Counted from the stretch's first letter, positions 1-8,982 are shown. The stretch is DNA of 64,000 nucleotides from an uncultured Myxococcales bacterium (GCA_937902985.1 CALFNG010000206.1:3097-67096), one strand, 5' to 3'. Numbers and translations: made by a program. The notes: generated by a model not told the origin, from the letters alone.

Positions 1-215
1 GCGCGCTCGCGATCTTTCCTTGCCGCCGCGTGGGCAGCCCGGGCTTCGCGCTCGTCTTCCGTCGGGGTCCTCCGCGGACCGCCGGCAGCCTCCGGCGCCT
101 CGGCGACCCCGTCGTCCCAGCCCGAGTCGACGGCAGCGTTTTCGTCCCAGCCCGAGTCGACGTCCCCGGCCGCGTCGATCTCGTCTTCGTCTGGCTTCGA
201 TTCCGATGGCCTCAA
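1..215 (-). CDS. 5' end of a CDS running off the left edge; acidic N-terminus with two DSGWD motifs, function unknown
   Basis: Not in the ORF track because there is no stop in the window. Reverse-strand reading from TTG at 215 gives LRPSESKPDEDEIDAAGDVDSGWDENAAVDSGWDDGVAEAPEAAGG...EDEREARAAHAAARKDRER. Third positions are G/C-rich and the frame is open to position 1. The start codon is uncertain. Confidence 0.3.
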   Translation of the reverse strand, partial: MRPSESKPDEDEIDAAGDVDSGWDENAAVDSGWDDGVAEAPEAAGGPRRTPTEDEREARAAHAAARKDRER

Positions 216-416
216 TCGAGGGCAGATTAGAGCACACGGGCCCGCAGCGGACAATTGCGATGCTCGTGGATCGTCGCCCGAAACAATGCCTCTCGAATGC
301 GAGGCGCGCCTTGAGTCAGGGCAGGCAGGGGCTACTCTCGAGAGCGTCCGGCCCGAGAGCCCGCGCCCGATCCGGCGCCCCGCCGTCATGCCAACGCCCG
401 CGCGTCCGCACCCCCC

Positions 417-1175
417 ATGACCAATACAGCGATCGAGACCAGCAGTCGCTACAACGAAGATCTCTACGAGGCAGTGTGGCGCCTGATGTCCTTCCGCACC
501 CCGGACCACCTTCCCTGGTGGCCGGCACTGAAGGCCATCTGCGAGAACGCGCCCGACCGGCTGGAGATCGGCCCCGGCATTTTCCCGCGCCTGCCGGTCG
601 AAGGCACGCACGTCATGGACCTATCGAAGTACGCGCTCGGAGTGCTCGCGAAGCACGGCGCGATCCCGCACCACGGCCTCGTCGCGGACCAGGAATTCGC
701 GGACGCGTCGTTCGACGTCGTCGGCATGTTCGAGCTGCTCGAGCACGTGGAAGACGACGTCGGCCTCCTGCGCGACATCGCGCGCATCACGCGCCCTGGC
801 GGATACCTGGCCCTCACCGTCCCCCTCGGGATGAAGTATTATTGTTCTTTCGATCGGTTCGTGGGTCACGTACGCCGCTTCGAGCCCGACGAGCTTCGAT
901 CCAAGGTCGAGCGAGCCGGCTACGAACTCGTGCGCTTCGAGGTGCACTCGCAGTCGCCGCGCGAGCCTGTCGCGAGCATTCACGTGTTCGTGATGCGCCA
1001 CTTTCCCCGGCTCACGGTCTGGGCGATGAACTTCATTTTCCTGCCCTTGCTCGATCGCATGCGGCTCACGTGGCGCGACGCCGCCGAGTGGGAGACGCTC
1101 ACCCGGAGCGCCACCGACTGCGGCGCCATCTTCCGGCGCACCGGAGCGCGCGACGCCGCGTCGAGAGCCCAATGA
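417..1175 (+). CDS. Class I SAM-dependent methyltransferase
   Basis: 252-aa ORF with motif I LEIGPG, DVVGMFELLEHVEDD and RPGGYLALTVP, typical of Methyltransf_11-type enzymes. Confidence 0.7.
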   Translation: MTNTAIETSSRYNEDLYEAVWRLMSFRTPDHLPWWPALKAICENAPDRLEIGPGIFPRLPVEGTHVMDLSKYALGVLAKHGAIPHHGLVADQEFADASFDVVGMFELLEHVEDDVGLLRDIARITRPGGYLALTVPLGMKYYCSFDRFVGHVRRFEPDELRSKVERAGYELVRFEVHSQSPREPVASIHVFVMRHFPRLTVWAMNFIFLPLLDRMRLTWRDAAEWETLTRSATDCGAIFRRTGARDAASRAQ

Positions 1176-1296
1176 CAACGATCACCGCTCCCGACCATGT
1201 GGGCTTCAGTCCAGCCCCGATTGCCTCGCTCGTCTCGCAGCTGCCGCTCTGGCCCCGACGCAGTCGGAGCCGCCGTTCGCGATCGCCCAGATCAGC

Positions 1297-1413
1297 GTGA
1301 TGCTGGCCTTCGTCGTCATCACCGTTCTTGCAGTTCGCAAGTTCCACCGGCAGGCCGGCGCGCCGCCGTCGGGGGGGCACGTCGCGGAGGGGGCGCGGCC
1401 GGATCCCGCCTGA
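1297..1413 (+). CDS. Possible small single-TM protein; may be the 3' part of a frameshifted ORF that starts at the ATGA overlap at 1172
   Basis: The frame has very high GC3 and encodes ...FAIAQISVMLAFVVITVLAVRKFHRQAGAPPSGGHVAEGARPDPA*. GTG at 1297 and ATG at 1300 are the only in-frame starts. An ATG at 1172 overlaps the methyltransferase stop (ATGA) but lies in another frame. Confidence 0.2.
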   Translation: MMLAFVVITVLAVRKFHRQAGAPPSGGHVAEGARPDPA

Positions 1414-1885
1414 CGTTGAGGAGCGTGGGAACTCACCGTATCGCCGCCCCTCGCCATCTGCCCAAGGAAGATCCTCCTGTGTTCGCTCAGAATCAGACCG
1501 CCTGACCGGTCCCGCGAGGGGCAGCGTGCCGTGCTTCAGGCTGGCAGTACGGGGACCGACCTCGACCCCGCCGGCACGGGCTCCAAAATGCCCAAGATGC
1601 ATGATCCTTCCTACATTCTCGTTCCTGGACTTCGACCGGTCGCCCTAGGAGCTCGTCGCGAAGCTCAATGGGGCTCCGAGCGTCGCGAGCACGGTCAAGG
1701 AGTGGAAGTGGATCGCGACCGCGGTGGTGCACCACTTCGTGTGAGTCGCGGTCGCGAGCCCCGCTGGAGTGGGCCTCGACGAAGCGCGAGCGAGCAGCGT
1801 CGGCGGGGAGCTCCCACTTCGCGCGACAGGCGGCCGACGCGCCTCTCGGCCCCGTCTCGCGTCGGCGCGCGAGGTGCATTGGGCC

Positions 1886-3031
1886 ATGGCTATGACGGCC
1901 GATGCACGAACTCGGCAGGACGATTTGGCGGCGGAAAAACGGCGAGAAAAGGTGCCGGGGAGCCCGGCGGCTCTGGCCGCCAGCGTCAACCTGGCCAGGC
2001 CTTTCCCCGAGGCTGCCGCCAAAGTATTGACGTTGACTTCCGGCCAAGACTTTGACGTCAAGGCGATCGTCGCCGTGCTCGAGAGCGACGTCGCTCTCTC
2101 GACCCGCGTGCTTCGACTCGTGAATTCGACCAGCTTCGGCCTTCGCGTCAAGTGCGCGACGGTCAAGCACGCCGTGACGCTCCTGGGCTCGGAGGGCGTG
2201 CGGCACGCGGCGATTGCCGGCTCCGTCCTGAAGGTCTTCCCCGGCAACGGGCTGAAGATCTGGCGGGACTTGCACAATCACGCGATGCTCGTCGGAGGCC
2301 TGTGTCGACACCTCGCCCACCAGTGGGACATCCCCCAGGACGAGATGTTCACGGCTGCGTTCCTTCACGACATCGGCAAGTGGACCTTCCTCGAGAGGGA
2401 CCCTGAATACGCGACGATCCTCCAGGAGGCAGACAACCGCCCCGATGGCACGCTCGAAGCCGAGCGCGCCCGTTACGGCTTCGATCATGCCGACCTCGCC
2501 GGCCACCTGCTTTCGGTCTGGGGTATCCCCGCTCCGCTCCCCGAGGTCGTCGGGTTGCACCACGATCCCACGAAGGCATACGCCGGGGACCCCCTCGTCG
2601 CGCGTCGCGTCGCCCTGATCCGCATGGCCGACCAGCTCGCGCATAGCCTCACGACGGGGAAGGAGCCCGACTTCGAGACCATCGCCAAGAGCGAGCCCTT
2701 CACGTATCTGGGGCTGTCGGCGGAATCCATCGACGACCGGTTCGGTGCTCTCGCGCTGCTCTTCCGTGATGGCCACGGAGATGATGACGAGGAGCCCAAG
2801 CCCAAGTTCCGCGGTCGAGCTCGCGCGCTCGGAACGGACTCCGGGGCCTCGGCCGCGGAGGTGAGTCGTTCGTTCGCGAAGGGCGCGGGCGCGCCCTGGC
2901 TCCTGGCCGGCGCCGGCGTCGCTGGTAGCCTGCTGGCCCACGAGATGCGCGTCGGCCAGTCCCTGGTGCCGCTCGCCGTCGGCGTGACCGCCAGTCTGGC
3001 GGTGCTGCTCTCGAAGCGACTGTCGGGCTAG
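1886..3031 (+). CDS. HDOD-domain signalling protein with a C-terminal membrane anchor
   Basis: HDOD hallmarks are present: ...VLESDVALSTRVLRLVNS..FGL......VKHAVTLLG... and AAFLHDIGKW...GFDHADLAGHLLSVWGIP...VVGLHHDP. The C-terminus is hydrophobic (WLLAGAGVAGSLL...LAVGVTASLAVLL). The start was moved to ATG 1886, because the upstream part of the ORF is Arg-rich. Confidence 0.75.
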   Translation: MAMTADARTRQDDLAAEKRREKVPGSPAALAASVNLARPFPEAAAKVLTLTSGQDFDVKAIVAVLESDVALSTRVLRLVNSTSFGLRVKCATVKHAVTLLGSEGVRHAAIAGSVLKVFPGNGLKIWRDLHNHAMLVGGLCRHLAHQWDIPQDEMFTAAFLHDIGKWTFLERDPEYATILQEADNRPDGTLEAERARYGFDHADLAGHLLSVWGIPAPLPEVVGLHHDPTKAYAGDPLVARRVALIRMADQLAHSLTTGKEPDFETIAKSEPFTYLGLSAESIDDRFGALALLFRDGHGDDDEEPKPKFRGRARALGTDSGASAAEVSRSFAKGAGAPWLLAGAGVAGSLLAHEMRVGQSLVPLAVGVTASLAVLLSKRLSG

Positions 3032-3048
3032 CCGCGCGACGCCGAAGG

Positions 3049-3249
3049 TCACGCGCGGGCCGCGAGCACGAAGAGCCCGATCGACACCAGCAGCCCTAGC
3101 GCGAAGAACACCGTTCGAAGCGGCGGCCGGTCGCCCAGGTACGCGATGCCGTGGAGGATCCGGAACACGATGAACGCGATCGCCAGGCGCGCCGACCAGT
3201 CGGCGTCGGAGCTAGCTCCGAACCTCGTCGTGCCCGTATCCGACCCGCG
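3049..3249 (-). pseudogene. MAPEG-family membrane protein, C-terminal fragment only
   Basis: Not in the track. The reverse frame reads ...DADWSARLAIAFIVFRILHGIAYLGDRPPLRTVFFALGLLVSIGLFVLAARA*. The RILHGIAYL...R..FF pattern is typical of MAPEG. There is an in-frame stop at 3250-3252 and no start codon, so only about 65 codons remain. Confidence 0.4.
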
Positions 3250-3288
3250 TCACACCGTACCCGTCGCGTTGGTGTCACAGGTCAGCCC

Positions 3289-3730
3289 ATGAACCGAATC
3301 CGCTTCGACGCGGCCGTCATTGATTTTCCCATACTCACGGCCGATCCGGTCACTGTGCAGCTCGCGCGAATGCAGTGCGAACGCGAGCTCGACGCGCTCG
3401 GCTTCGGCGTCAGGATCGCAGACCGTGCGCGTCGCCTCATCGCGGACGGCGACGGGGACTTCGGCATGCTGCAGCCGACCGCAGCGCGGCTCGGGCTGTC
3501 GCCGCGCACGTTCAGGCGCCGCCTCGCGGCCGAGGGCGTCTCGTTCTCGGCCCTCGTCGAACAGGGAAGACGCGAGAAGGCCCTCCGCCTCCTCCGTGCG
3601 CCGCGCTTCTCGATCGAAGACATCGCGAGACGGCTCGGGTACGCGACCTCGTCGAGCTTCGTGCGCGCGTTCCACCGGGTGGACGGGGATGACACCGGCT
3701 CGATACCCGCGGACGATCGGCGTTCCTTGA
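3289..3730 (+). pseudogene. AraC-family regulator remnant, N-terminally truncated with a +1 frameshift in the last helix
   Basis: One frame reads ...AARLGLSPRTFRRRLAAEGVSFSALVEQGRREKALRLLRAPRFSIEDIARRLGYATSSSFVRAFHR. The canonical ending WTGMTPARY is present in the next frame (track ORF 3320..3730). The run caccGGGTGGacg at 3676-3682 appears to carry one extra G. Only the C-terminal half of the family's usual length is present. Confidence 0.5.
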
Positions 3731-3936
3731 CGACGCGTTTGTCCCACGAGGCCTGAACCGGCCCGAGAGCCTCGATCGCGCGCCGCCCTGCGAGCGTGGG
3801 CGCGAGGAGCTTGGACCGATGGTGCGCCGGCCGTCTCCTCCGGCGGTCGCGGCGCGGCTCCCTCGGTGCGCCAGGGGGGCATCCGGCGGAGCACGAGCGC
3901 GGCGCGGCCGGCACCCTCGTTGTAAGCTGCGCGTCG

Positions 3937-4644
3937 ATGGTAAGAGAAGCAACTCGTCACGGAGAGGGGCACCGAGGTGGCCGCGCCGGCTGGCTCCGCG
4001 CAGCCGTTCTGGGGGCAGATGACGGCCTCGTCTCCACCGCGAGCCTCATGATCGGCGTCGCCGCATCATCGGCCTCGAAGGGAACCGTGCTCATCGCGGG
4101 TGTTGCCGGGCTCGTCGCGGGCGCGATGTCGATGGCCGCCGGCGAGTTCGTGTCCGTGAGCTCGCAGCGCGACGCCGAAGACGCCGACGTTCGGCTCGAG
4201 GAACGCGAGCTGAGCGATGACCCGAAGGGAGAGCTCAACGAGCTCGCCCAGATCTACCGGCGCCGCGGGCTCGATCCTCAGCTCGCCATGCAGGTCGCCG
4301 AGCAGCTGAGTCGGCGGGACCGGCTCGCGGCTCACATGCGCGATGAGCTCGGGCTCGTCGACGAGTCTCGCGCACGCCCGATCCAGGCCGCAGCGGTCTC
4401 GGCCGCGAGCTTCGCGTCCCTCGCCGCGCTCCCGATCCTCACGCTCATGCTCGCGCCGGATGCCCTGCGCGTCGCGTCGATGGCGGCGATGTCGCTCGTC
4501 AGCCTCGCGGCGCTGGGCGCTCTCGGCGGCTACGCGGGCGGCGCGCCCAAGCTCCGGGCCGCGCTGCGCGTCGCTATCGGGGGCGCAGTCGCGATGGTCA
4601 CGACCGCCCTCATCGGCCATCTCCTCGGCACGACAGCCGGGTAG
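3937..4644 (+). CDS. VIT1/CCC1-family iron/manganese transporter
   Basis: GWLRAAVLGADDGLVSTASLMIGVA...AGAMSMAAGEFVSVSSQRD, then a helical linker and C-terminal TM helices. The start is set at ATG 3937. Confidence 0.8.
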   Translation: MVREATRHGEGHRGGRAGWLRAAVLGADDGLVSTASLMIGVAASSASKGTVLIAGVAGLVAGAMSMAAGEFVSVSSQRDAEDADVRLEERELSDDPKGELNELAQIYRRRGLDPQLAMQVAEQLSRRDRLAAHMRDELGLVDESRARPIQAAAVSAASFASLAALPILTLMLAPDALRVASMAAMSLVSLAALGALGGYAGGAPKLRAALRVAIGGAVAMVTTALIGHLLGTTAG

Positions 4645-4663
4645 GGACGAGAGCACAGGTGCT

Positions 4664-5488
4664 CTAAACGAGCTTCTCTTCGGGGCTCTTGATCTTGCGC
4701 AGCACTTCGTAGCGCGCCGAGCGCACCTTCAGCGGATAGCGGGCGTCAGACGAGCCCCAGTTGGGGTCGTCGATACCCTCGAAGGCCTCGCGGAGGCGCT
4801 GGCCCCACGAGTCGCGGATCATCGAGAAGTAGGGATTCGCGTCGTCGATGCAGACGATCTCGTCGCACTGGAGCGAGCCCGCCTGGTAGACGACGAGATC
4901 GATCGGGAGGCCCACCGAGACGTTGGACTTGAGCGTAGAGTCGATCGAGACGAGGGCGCACTTGGCCGCCTCGGCCAGCGGCATGCCGGGGACCAGCATG
5001 CGGTCGAGCACGGGCTTGCCGTACTTGGCCTCTCCGATCTGGAAGTAACAGGTCTCGGCGGTGGCCTCGATGAAGTTGCCTGTCGAGTAGACGAGGAATA
5101 GGCGCATCGCCTCTCCCTTGATCTGACCGCCGAAGATGAGCGTGCACCCGAAGTCGATGCCGTCGGCACGCAGCGCCGGGCCGTCTTGCTCGTCGACCCG
5201 GCGGACGGCGTGACCGAGAACGCGCGCCGCCTCGAACATGCTGCTGGCGTTCCAGATCGTCGTCGCCTCGGGTCCCTCGCCCGCGAGCCGCTCGACCTGG
5301 AGGATCTCGCGCACCGACTGGGAGATGGAGAGATTGCCCGAGGACAGCAGCACCATGAACCGGTCGCCGGGCCGTTCGTAGACCACCATCTTGCGAAAAG
5401 TGCTGATCTGATCGAAGCCCGCGTTCGTGCGCGAGTCGGAAGCGAAGACCAGGCCCGCGTCGACCTTGACCGCCACGCAGTACGTCAC
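4664..5488 (-). CDS. Proteasome-type (Ntn) protease, COG3484-like
   Basis: A GTG start at 5488 gives M-TYCVAVKVDAGLVFASDSRTNAG..., the N-terminal Thr-first pattern of this family. The longer track ORF (to 5650) adds a non-homologous Arg-rich extension. Confidence 0.7.
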   Translation of the reverse strand: MTYCVAVKVDAGLVFASDSRTNAGFDQISTFRKMVVYERPGDRFMVLLSSGNLSISQSVREILQVERLAGEGPEATTIWNASSMFEAARVLGHAVRRVDEQDGPALRADGIDFGCTLIFGGQIKGEAMRLFLVYSTGNFIEATAETCYFQIGEAKYGKPVLDRMLVPGMPLAEAAKCALVSIDSTLKSNVSVGLPIDLVVYQAGSLQCDEIVCIDDANPYFSMIRDSWGQRLREAFEGIDDPNWGSSDARYPLKVRSARYEVLRKIKSPEEKLV

Positions 5489-5585
5489 GGTGGGCGGCTG
5501 CTCGTGGAGGTCCAGCTCATCGAGAGCCTCATACCGCGTGCTAGACCGGGCGTCACTCGGCGTCACGATCGGCCCGAGCGGTCCA

Positions 5586-5786
5586 TCACGCCCGCGCCAC
5601 GCCAGCGCGCGCGGCCGAGGCAGCCGCTTCAGCATCGTGTAATGTCCCAATTCTCGATCGCGACGGATTCAGGCGGCGTTTCGCTCGTAGAAGGAGAGGA
5701 TCGGGTGCCGCAAGGCGGTTCGCCGTCCACCAGGTATCGATCCGCATCGCGTCCTCGACCGCGCGAGGATGAAAGACGACGCGCAC
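5586..5786 (-). pseudogene. ParE/RelE-like toxin remnant, truncated
   Basis: The N-terminus MRVVFHPRAVEDAMRIDTWWTANR...AP matches the ParE/RelE pattern. The ORF then ends after 66 aa without the conserved C-terminal half. It sits 9 nt downstream of the antitoxin gene. Confidence 0.3.
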
Positions 5787-5795
5787 GAGCTCAGA

Positions 5796-6014
5796 TCATC
5801 CGGCGCGGAGGCGTGCGAAGACGTCCGCTGCGGGGACGAGCGTGGCCGGGTCGCTGCTCGCGAGCCGGGCCTTCAACTCCGCGCGCTGCTCCGCGGTGAG
5901 GTCCCAAGGCTCGTCCTCGCTCGTCGCGAGCTCGACCTCGGTTCCCTCGGGAAGGTCCGTCGGCTCGTCCACGACGAGCCTGCCGTTTCTCACGCGCGCA
6001 CGAACCGTCAACAT
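5796..6014 (-). CDS. Type II antitoxin-like protein (addiction-module component)
   Basis: 72 aa. The N-terminal VRNGRLVVDEPTDLPEGTEVEL is swapped-hairpin-like. The C-terminal LTAEQRAELKARLASSDPATLVPAADVFARL resembles the Unstab_antitox family that partners ParE/RelE. Confidence 0.5.
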   Translation of the reverse strand: MLTVRARVRNGRLVVDEPTDLPEGTEVELATSEDEPWDLTAEQRAELKARLASSDPATLVPAADVFARLRAG

Positions 6015-6069
6015 GCCCGCAGTTTAGCACCCTCGCTCCCCGTGCTGTCCGAAAAGTCGTCGCCGCGCC

Positions 6070-6243
6070 TTATGCCGCCTCGCGGCGGTAGTAGTTGAGC
6101 AGTCCGCCCAGGCGGGACCGGCACCCGATGGCGCCGAGCGTCGCATTGTCGTTGTTCGGCGATGCCTTCGCTCTGATGATTTGGCTACCGATCCCTTGGT
6201 GGTAGCGCTCGGTCAGGTAGTGTCCCATGAACTCCTTGATACG
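6070..6243 (-). mobile_element. Integrase-core (rve) transposase C-terminal remnant, copy L
   Basis: KEFMGHYLTERYHQGIGSQIIRAKASPNNDNATLGAIGCRSRLGGLLNYYRREAA* is paralogous to the C-terminus of the ORF at 9383..9724. Most nucleotide positions are identical by eye. Nothing upstream of KEFMGHY is homologous. Confidence 0.55.
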
Positions 6244-6290
6244 TCCGCTACCACAACCTCGCGCGCCCTCACCAAGGATTGGGCCAAGTT
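6243..6290 (+). mobile_element. Second, opposite-strand integrase C-terminal motif fragment
   Basis: The plus-frame reads VRYHNLARPHQGLGQV, the classic rve YN..RPHQgLG motif. It directly abuts the minus-strand remnant and has in-frame stops immediately upstream (6228, 6237). Confidence 0.3.
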
Positions 6291-6552
6291 GAGGAAAGTA
6301 TCGAAAAACCCAGTAAAAACGTTCGGGGAGGGGACCCCGCTCAGAATGCTCGCGCGACAAACCGCCGAGGCATGTAGCCGACTCAAGGATCGCAGCGTAA
6401 ACGCGTTTTCCGCCAGCACAACCGGATATTCGCGGCATCACTCCTCGGTCCGACCGACCACGGTCCGCACTGGCGAGTCCTGGGGACCAGGTTGCCGGTG
6501 TGGAGCACCTGGCCGAGGTGACGCGGTCGTCCGAGTGAACGACGCGAGAGGC

Positions 6553-8094
6553 TCATCGCGCCGACGGCGGTGGACCCGGCGCGGCCTTCGAGTCGTCGGA
6601 GACGCACGACGACAGGTCGAAGAAGAGCAGTTCGATGGCCTTCTCTTGCGCGGTGAGCGCGCGCGCCGTGCACGAGGTGGGGATGTCTCCCGTGGGCGCG
6701 CCGCCGGCGTGCAGGTCGGTGAACGCGACCTTGCCGCACGTGCCGCCGACCGGCGTGGCGAAGGTGAGGTGCTTGGGGTCGCCGTTGCTCGGGTCGACGA
6801 GCCAGGCGCGGGCCGGGCCGTTCACGGTCCCCACGCTGGCGCTCATGCCGCTCACCGCGAGCCCGCTCCCCGACCCGAGCGCGCCGGCGTCGGCAAGCTC
6901 CGTGAAGAGGTCCTGGCCCTTGGGAAACGTGGTGACCACGTCGAGCGTGCCGGTCGCGTTTCCCACGGAGGACCCGAGCCAGGTGGCGAGGCCTTTGAAG
7001 TCTGCCGGTCCGTTCGCGAACCACGTGTAGTGGAAGTGGGTGGCGAAGACCTTGCCGCCCTCGCCGAGCCAGGCGTGCATGTTCTGCTTCGCGGCCGTCG
7101 TCACGTTGCTCCCGCCGTTGCCGAAGCTGATGCCGCCGTCCGGGGTCGCCGACGGGTCGAAGGTGTCGCCCTCGCACGCGAGGAGCACGATGTCGTACGC
7201 CTCGAGGCTCGTCTTCGAGCTCCAGAGGGGACACGACGCGTTCGTGCAGTCGCCCGGGGTCCCGCTCGAGAGGCCCGGGGCGCCGGTCGCAGCCCCTAAC
7301 CCACTTAACCCACTGGAGCTGAGGCCTCGATAGACGTCGAGGCGCCCGCCCGCGTGCGGAGCGGAGAACTCCTGGGGGTCGATCCCGATCCGCACAAGCA
7401 GGCACCCGAGGTCGTCCAGCCCACCCGTCAAGAGCGCCATCTGCGGCATGTCGCCCTCGCCATGGTTGCGCGGCAGCCGCGCGACGCCCGCCGCAAACGC
7501 CGTGTCCTGGCACGATGTCGTCGTCACGGCGAGCTCGCGATGCCACTTGCCGAGCTGAATCACGACCGGGACGTTTGCCCCCGTCGGGACTCCCTTTAGC
7601 GAGAACGAGCCGGTGGCGTCGGTCACCGTGGCCGTGACGTAGCTGCCGAGCGGCACGTCGCACGTCCCGCAGCTCGCGGCTCCCTGCGCGATCGCCGGCA
7701 GGCTCGCCGGATCGGTCGGGACGAACACGAACGCGTGGGGGACGGGGTTCGCCCCCGCCGGATCGTAGACCGTGCCGCTGACCGATGTCGTGCCCTGGCC
7801 GGGGCACGTGGCGACGCCGGAGTCGCCGTCGCTGCCGAAGGGTCCGCCGGCGTCGGGACCGGGGCCGGAAGGACCGTCGATCCCGACGGTCGCGTCGAAC
7901 GCTCCAGCCTCGCCGCTGGATCCGATGGGGGAGCTCGCGCCGTCGAACCCGACCGAGGCGCCAGCGTCCACGGGCGCATTGACGTGCTCGACGACCCTGG
8001 TCCCGCAGGCGGACGTCAGGAAAAACCAGCCCGACAACCCGGCGCAAGCGAGCGCCGCCCCCGTGCCATTCCTCACGGCGCGAAACGCTAACAC
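6553..8094 (-). CDS. Secreted/lipoprotein with a carboxypeptidase-regulatory-like beta-sandwich domain, function unknown
   Basis: A GTG at 8094 gives a signal peptide MLAFRAVRNGTGAALACAGLSGWFFLTSACG. Next come a Gly/Asp-rich linker, SGTVYDPAGANPVPHAFVFV...ATVTDATGSFSLKGVPTG and a large Cys-containing C-terminal domain. An alternative ATG at 8181 would overlap the divergent gene's start. Confidence 0.6.
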   Translation of the reverse strand: MLAFRAVRNGTGAALACAGLSGWFFLTSACGTRVVEHVNAPVDAGASVGFDGASSPIGSSGEAGAFDATVGIDGPSGPGPDAGGPFGSDGDSGVATCPGQGTTSVSGTVYDPAGANPVPHAFVFVPTDPASLPAIAQGAASCGTCDVPLGSYVTATVTDATGSFSLKGVPTGANVPVVIQLGKWHRELAVTTTSCQDTAFAAGVARLPRNHGEGDMPQMALLTGGLDDLGCLLVRIGIDPQEFSAPHAGGRLDVYRGLSSSGLSGLGAATGAPGLSSGTPGDCTNASCPLWSSKTSLEAYDIVLLACEGDTFDPSATPDGGISFGNGGSNVTTAAKQNMHAWLGEGGKVFATHFHYTWFANGPADFKGLATWLGSSVGNATGTLDVVTTFPKGQDLFTELADAGALGSGSGLAVSGMSASVGTVNGPARAWLVDPSNGDPKHLTFATPVGGTCGKVAFTDLHAGGAPTGDIPTSCTARALTAQEKAIELLFFDLSSCVSDDSKAAPGPPPSAR

Positions 8095-8179
8095 GGTTTT
8101 GGTCTGGGCGGGGCGTCGCGCGCGGTCGGTGAAAACGACGAGCCTTGACGCCGGTTTCGCTCCGGCATCCTTGGTCGTC

Positions 8180-8773
8180 ATGACGAAGCAGCGGACAGCT
8201 GCAGCCGGGGTGGTCGTGGCGACGTGCGTCGCATGCACCGGAAGCGATCCAGGGATCGTCCAGGTCATCGAGGCGCCGGACGCCGCGTCGGCCAAGCTGG
8301 CCCCGAGCCGTGACGCGAGCGTCTCGACGCCCCCTGTAGGCGCCCCCGAGGCGGGCCAGGGCTCCTTCGACGCGAGTGCGCCGCCGGCGACCCGAGAGGC
8401 GGGCGGCGGGGAGGCGCCAGCCGCGGGTGCCGGAGCGCCGCTCGGCCCGTGTCACACCTTGATCATCGGCGAAACCGACGGGGGACCGATCTCGTGTTGC
8501 GAGAGGCCGGCCTGCGTGGACGATCCGGCCGATGACTCGCGGTGTTCCGGTGGGCTGACGGCCTATCGCTGCGAGCCGTCGTCGTGGGGGGACGCGGGCG
8601 TCTACTGCTTCGTGCCCGGCAACTGGTGCGCGGCCGACGCGTCCGCCGATGCCGGGAGCCCGCTTTGCCGTGTCTCGTCATGCCCGAACAACTGCACGCA
8701 GCAGGGCACGATGCCGTGCTGCACGCCGGCGGGCGAGTGCGGGTGCGGGTACGGCACCGCGCTCTGTTTGTAG
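8180..8773 (+). CDS. Small Cys-rich secreted/lipoprotein
   Basis: MTKQRTAAAGVVVATCVACTGS is signal-like. A Pro/Ala/Gly linker follows, then a C-terminal ~105 aa containing about 20 Cys (CHTLIIGETDGGPISCCERPACVDD...CCTPAGECGCGYGTALCL). GC3 is high. Confidence 0.45.
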   Translation: MTKQRTAAAGVVVATCVACTGSDPGIVQVIEAPDAASAKLAPSRDASVSTPPVGAPEAGQGSFDASAPPATREAGGGEAPAAGAGAPLGPCHTLIIGETDGGPISCCERPACVDDPADDSRCSGGLTAYRCEPSSWGDAGVYCFVPGNWCAADASADAGSPLCRVSSCPNNCTQQGTMPCCTPAGECGCGYGTALCL

Positions 8774-8982
8774 TTCGCCTTGCAGTTCGCCGCGCTGGCG
8801 GCGGAGCTGGAGGGCAGGGTGGCCTGCGCGCTGTCAGTTGTCGCAGGTCCTGCGCGAGGCCCGCGAGCGTGTACATCACCGCGTGGTGTCCGGAAAGCTG
8901 TCGCCGGTGATTCTCGCACAATTTCCACGCGATCCGTAGGCTTGAAGAGGCGGCGGGGGACAGGCACTCTGCGCCAGCCACT

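Noticed and set aside
20-1300. Long Arg/Pro/Ser-rich ORFs that overlap recognisable genes in other frames or strands. Examples: 20..1300, 1493..3052, 6383..8455, 13676..16324, 18593..21754, 24549..27518, 27755..29374, 27889..29961, 55716..57650 and 62106..63641.
   Set aside because: Their composition (runs of R, P, A, G) is the classic shadow-frame signature of very GC-rich DNA. Each overlaps a frame with clear family motifs and higher GC3.
1640-1735. A high-GC3 31-codon fragment (ELVAKLNGAPSVASTVKEWKWIATAVVHHFV*) upstream of the HDOD gene.
   Set aside because: It is bounded by an in-frame TAG immediately upstream, has no start codon and has no recognisable family. It may be a gene relic, but this is not supportable.
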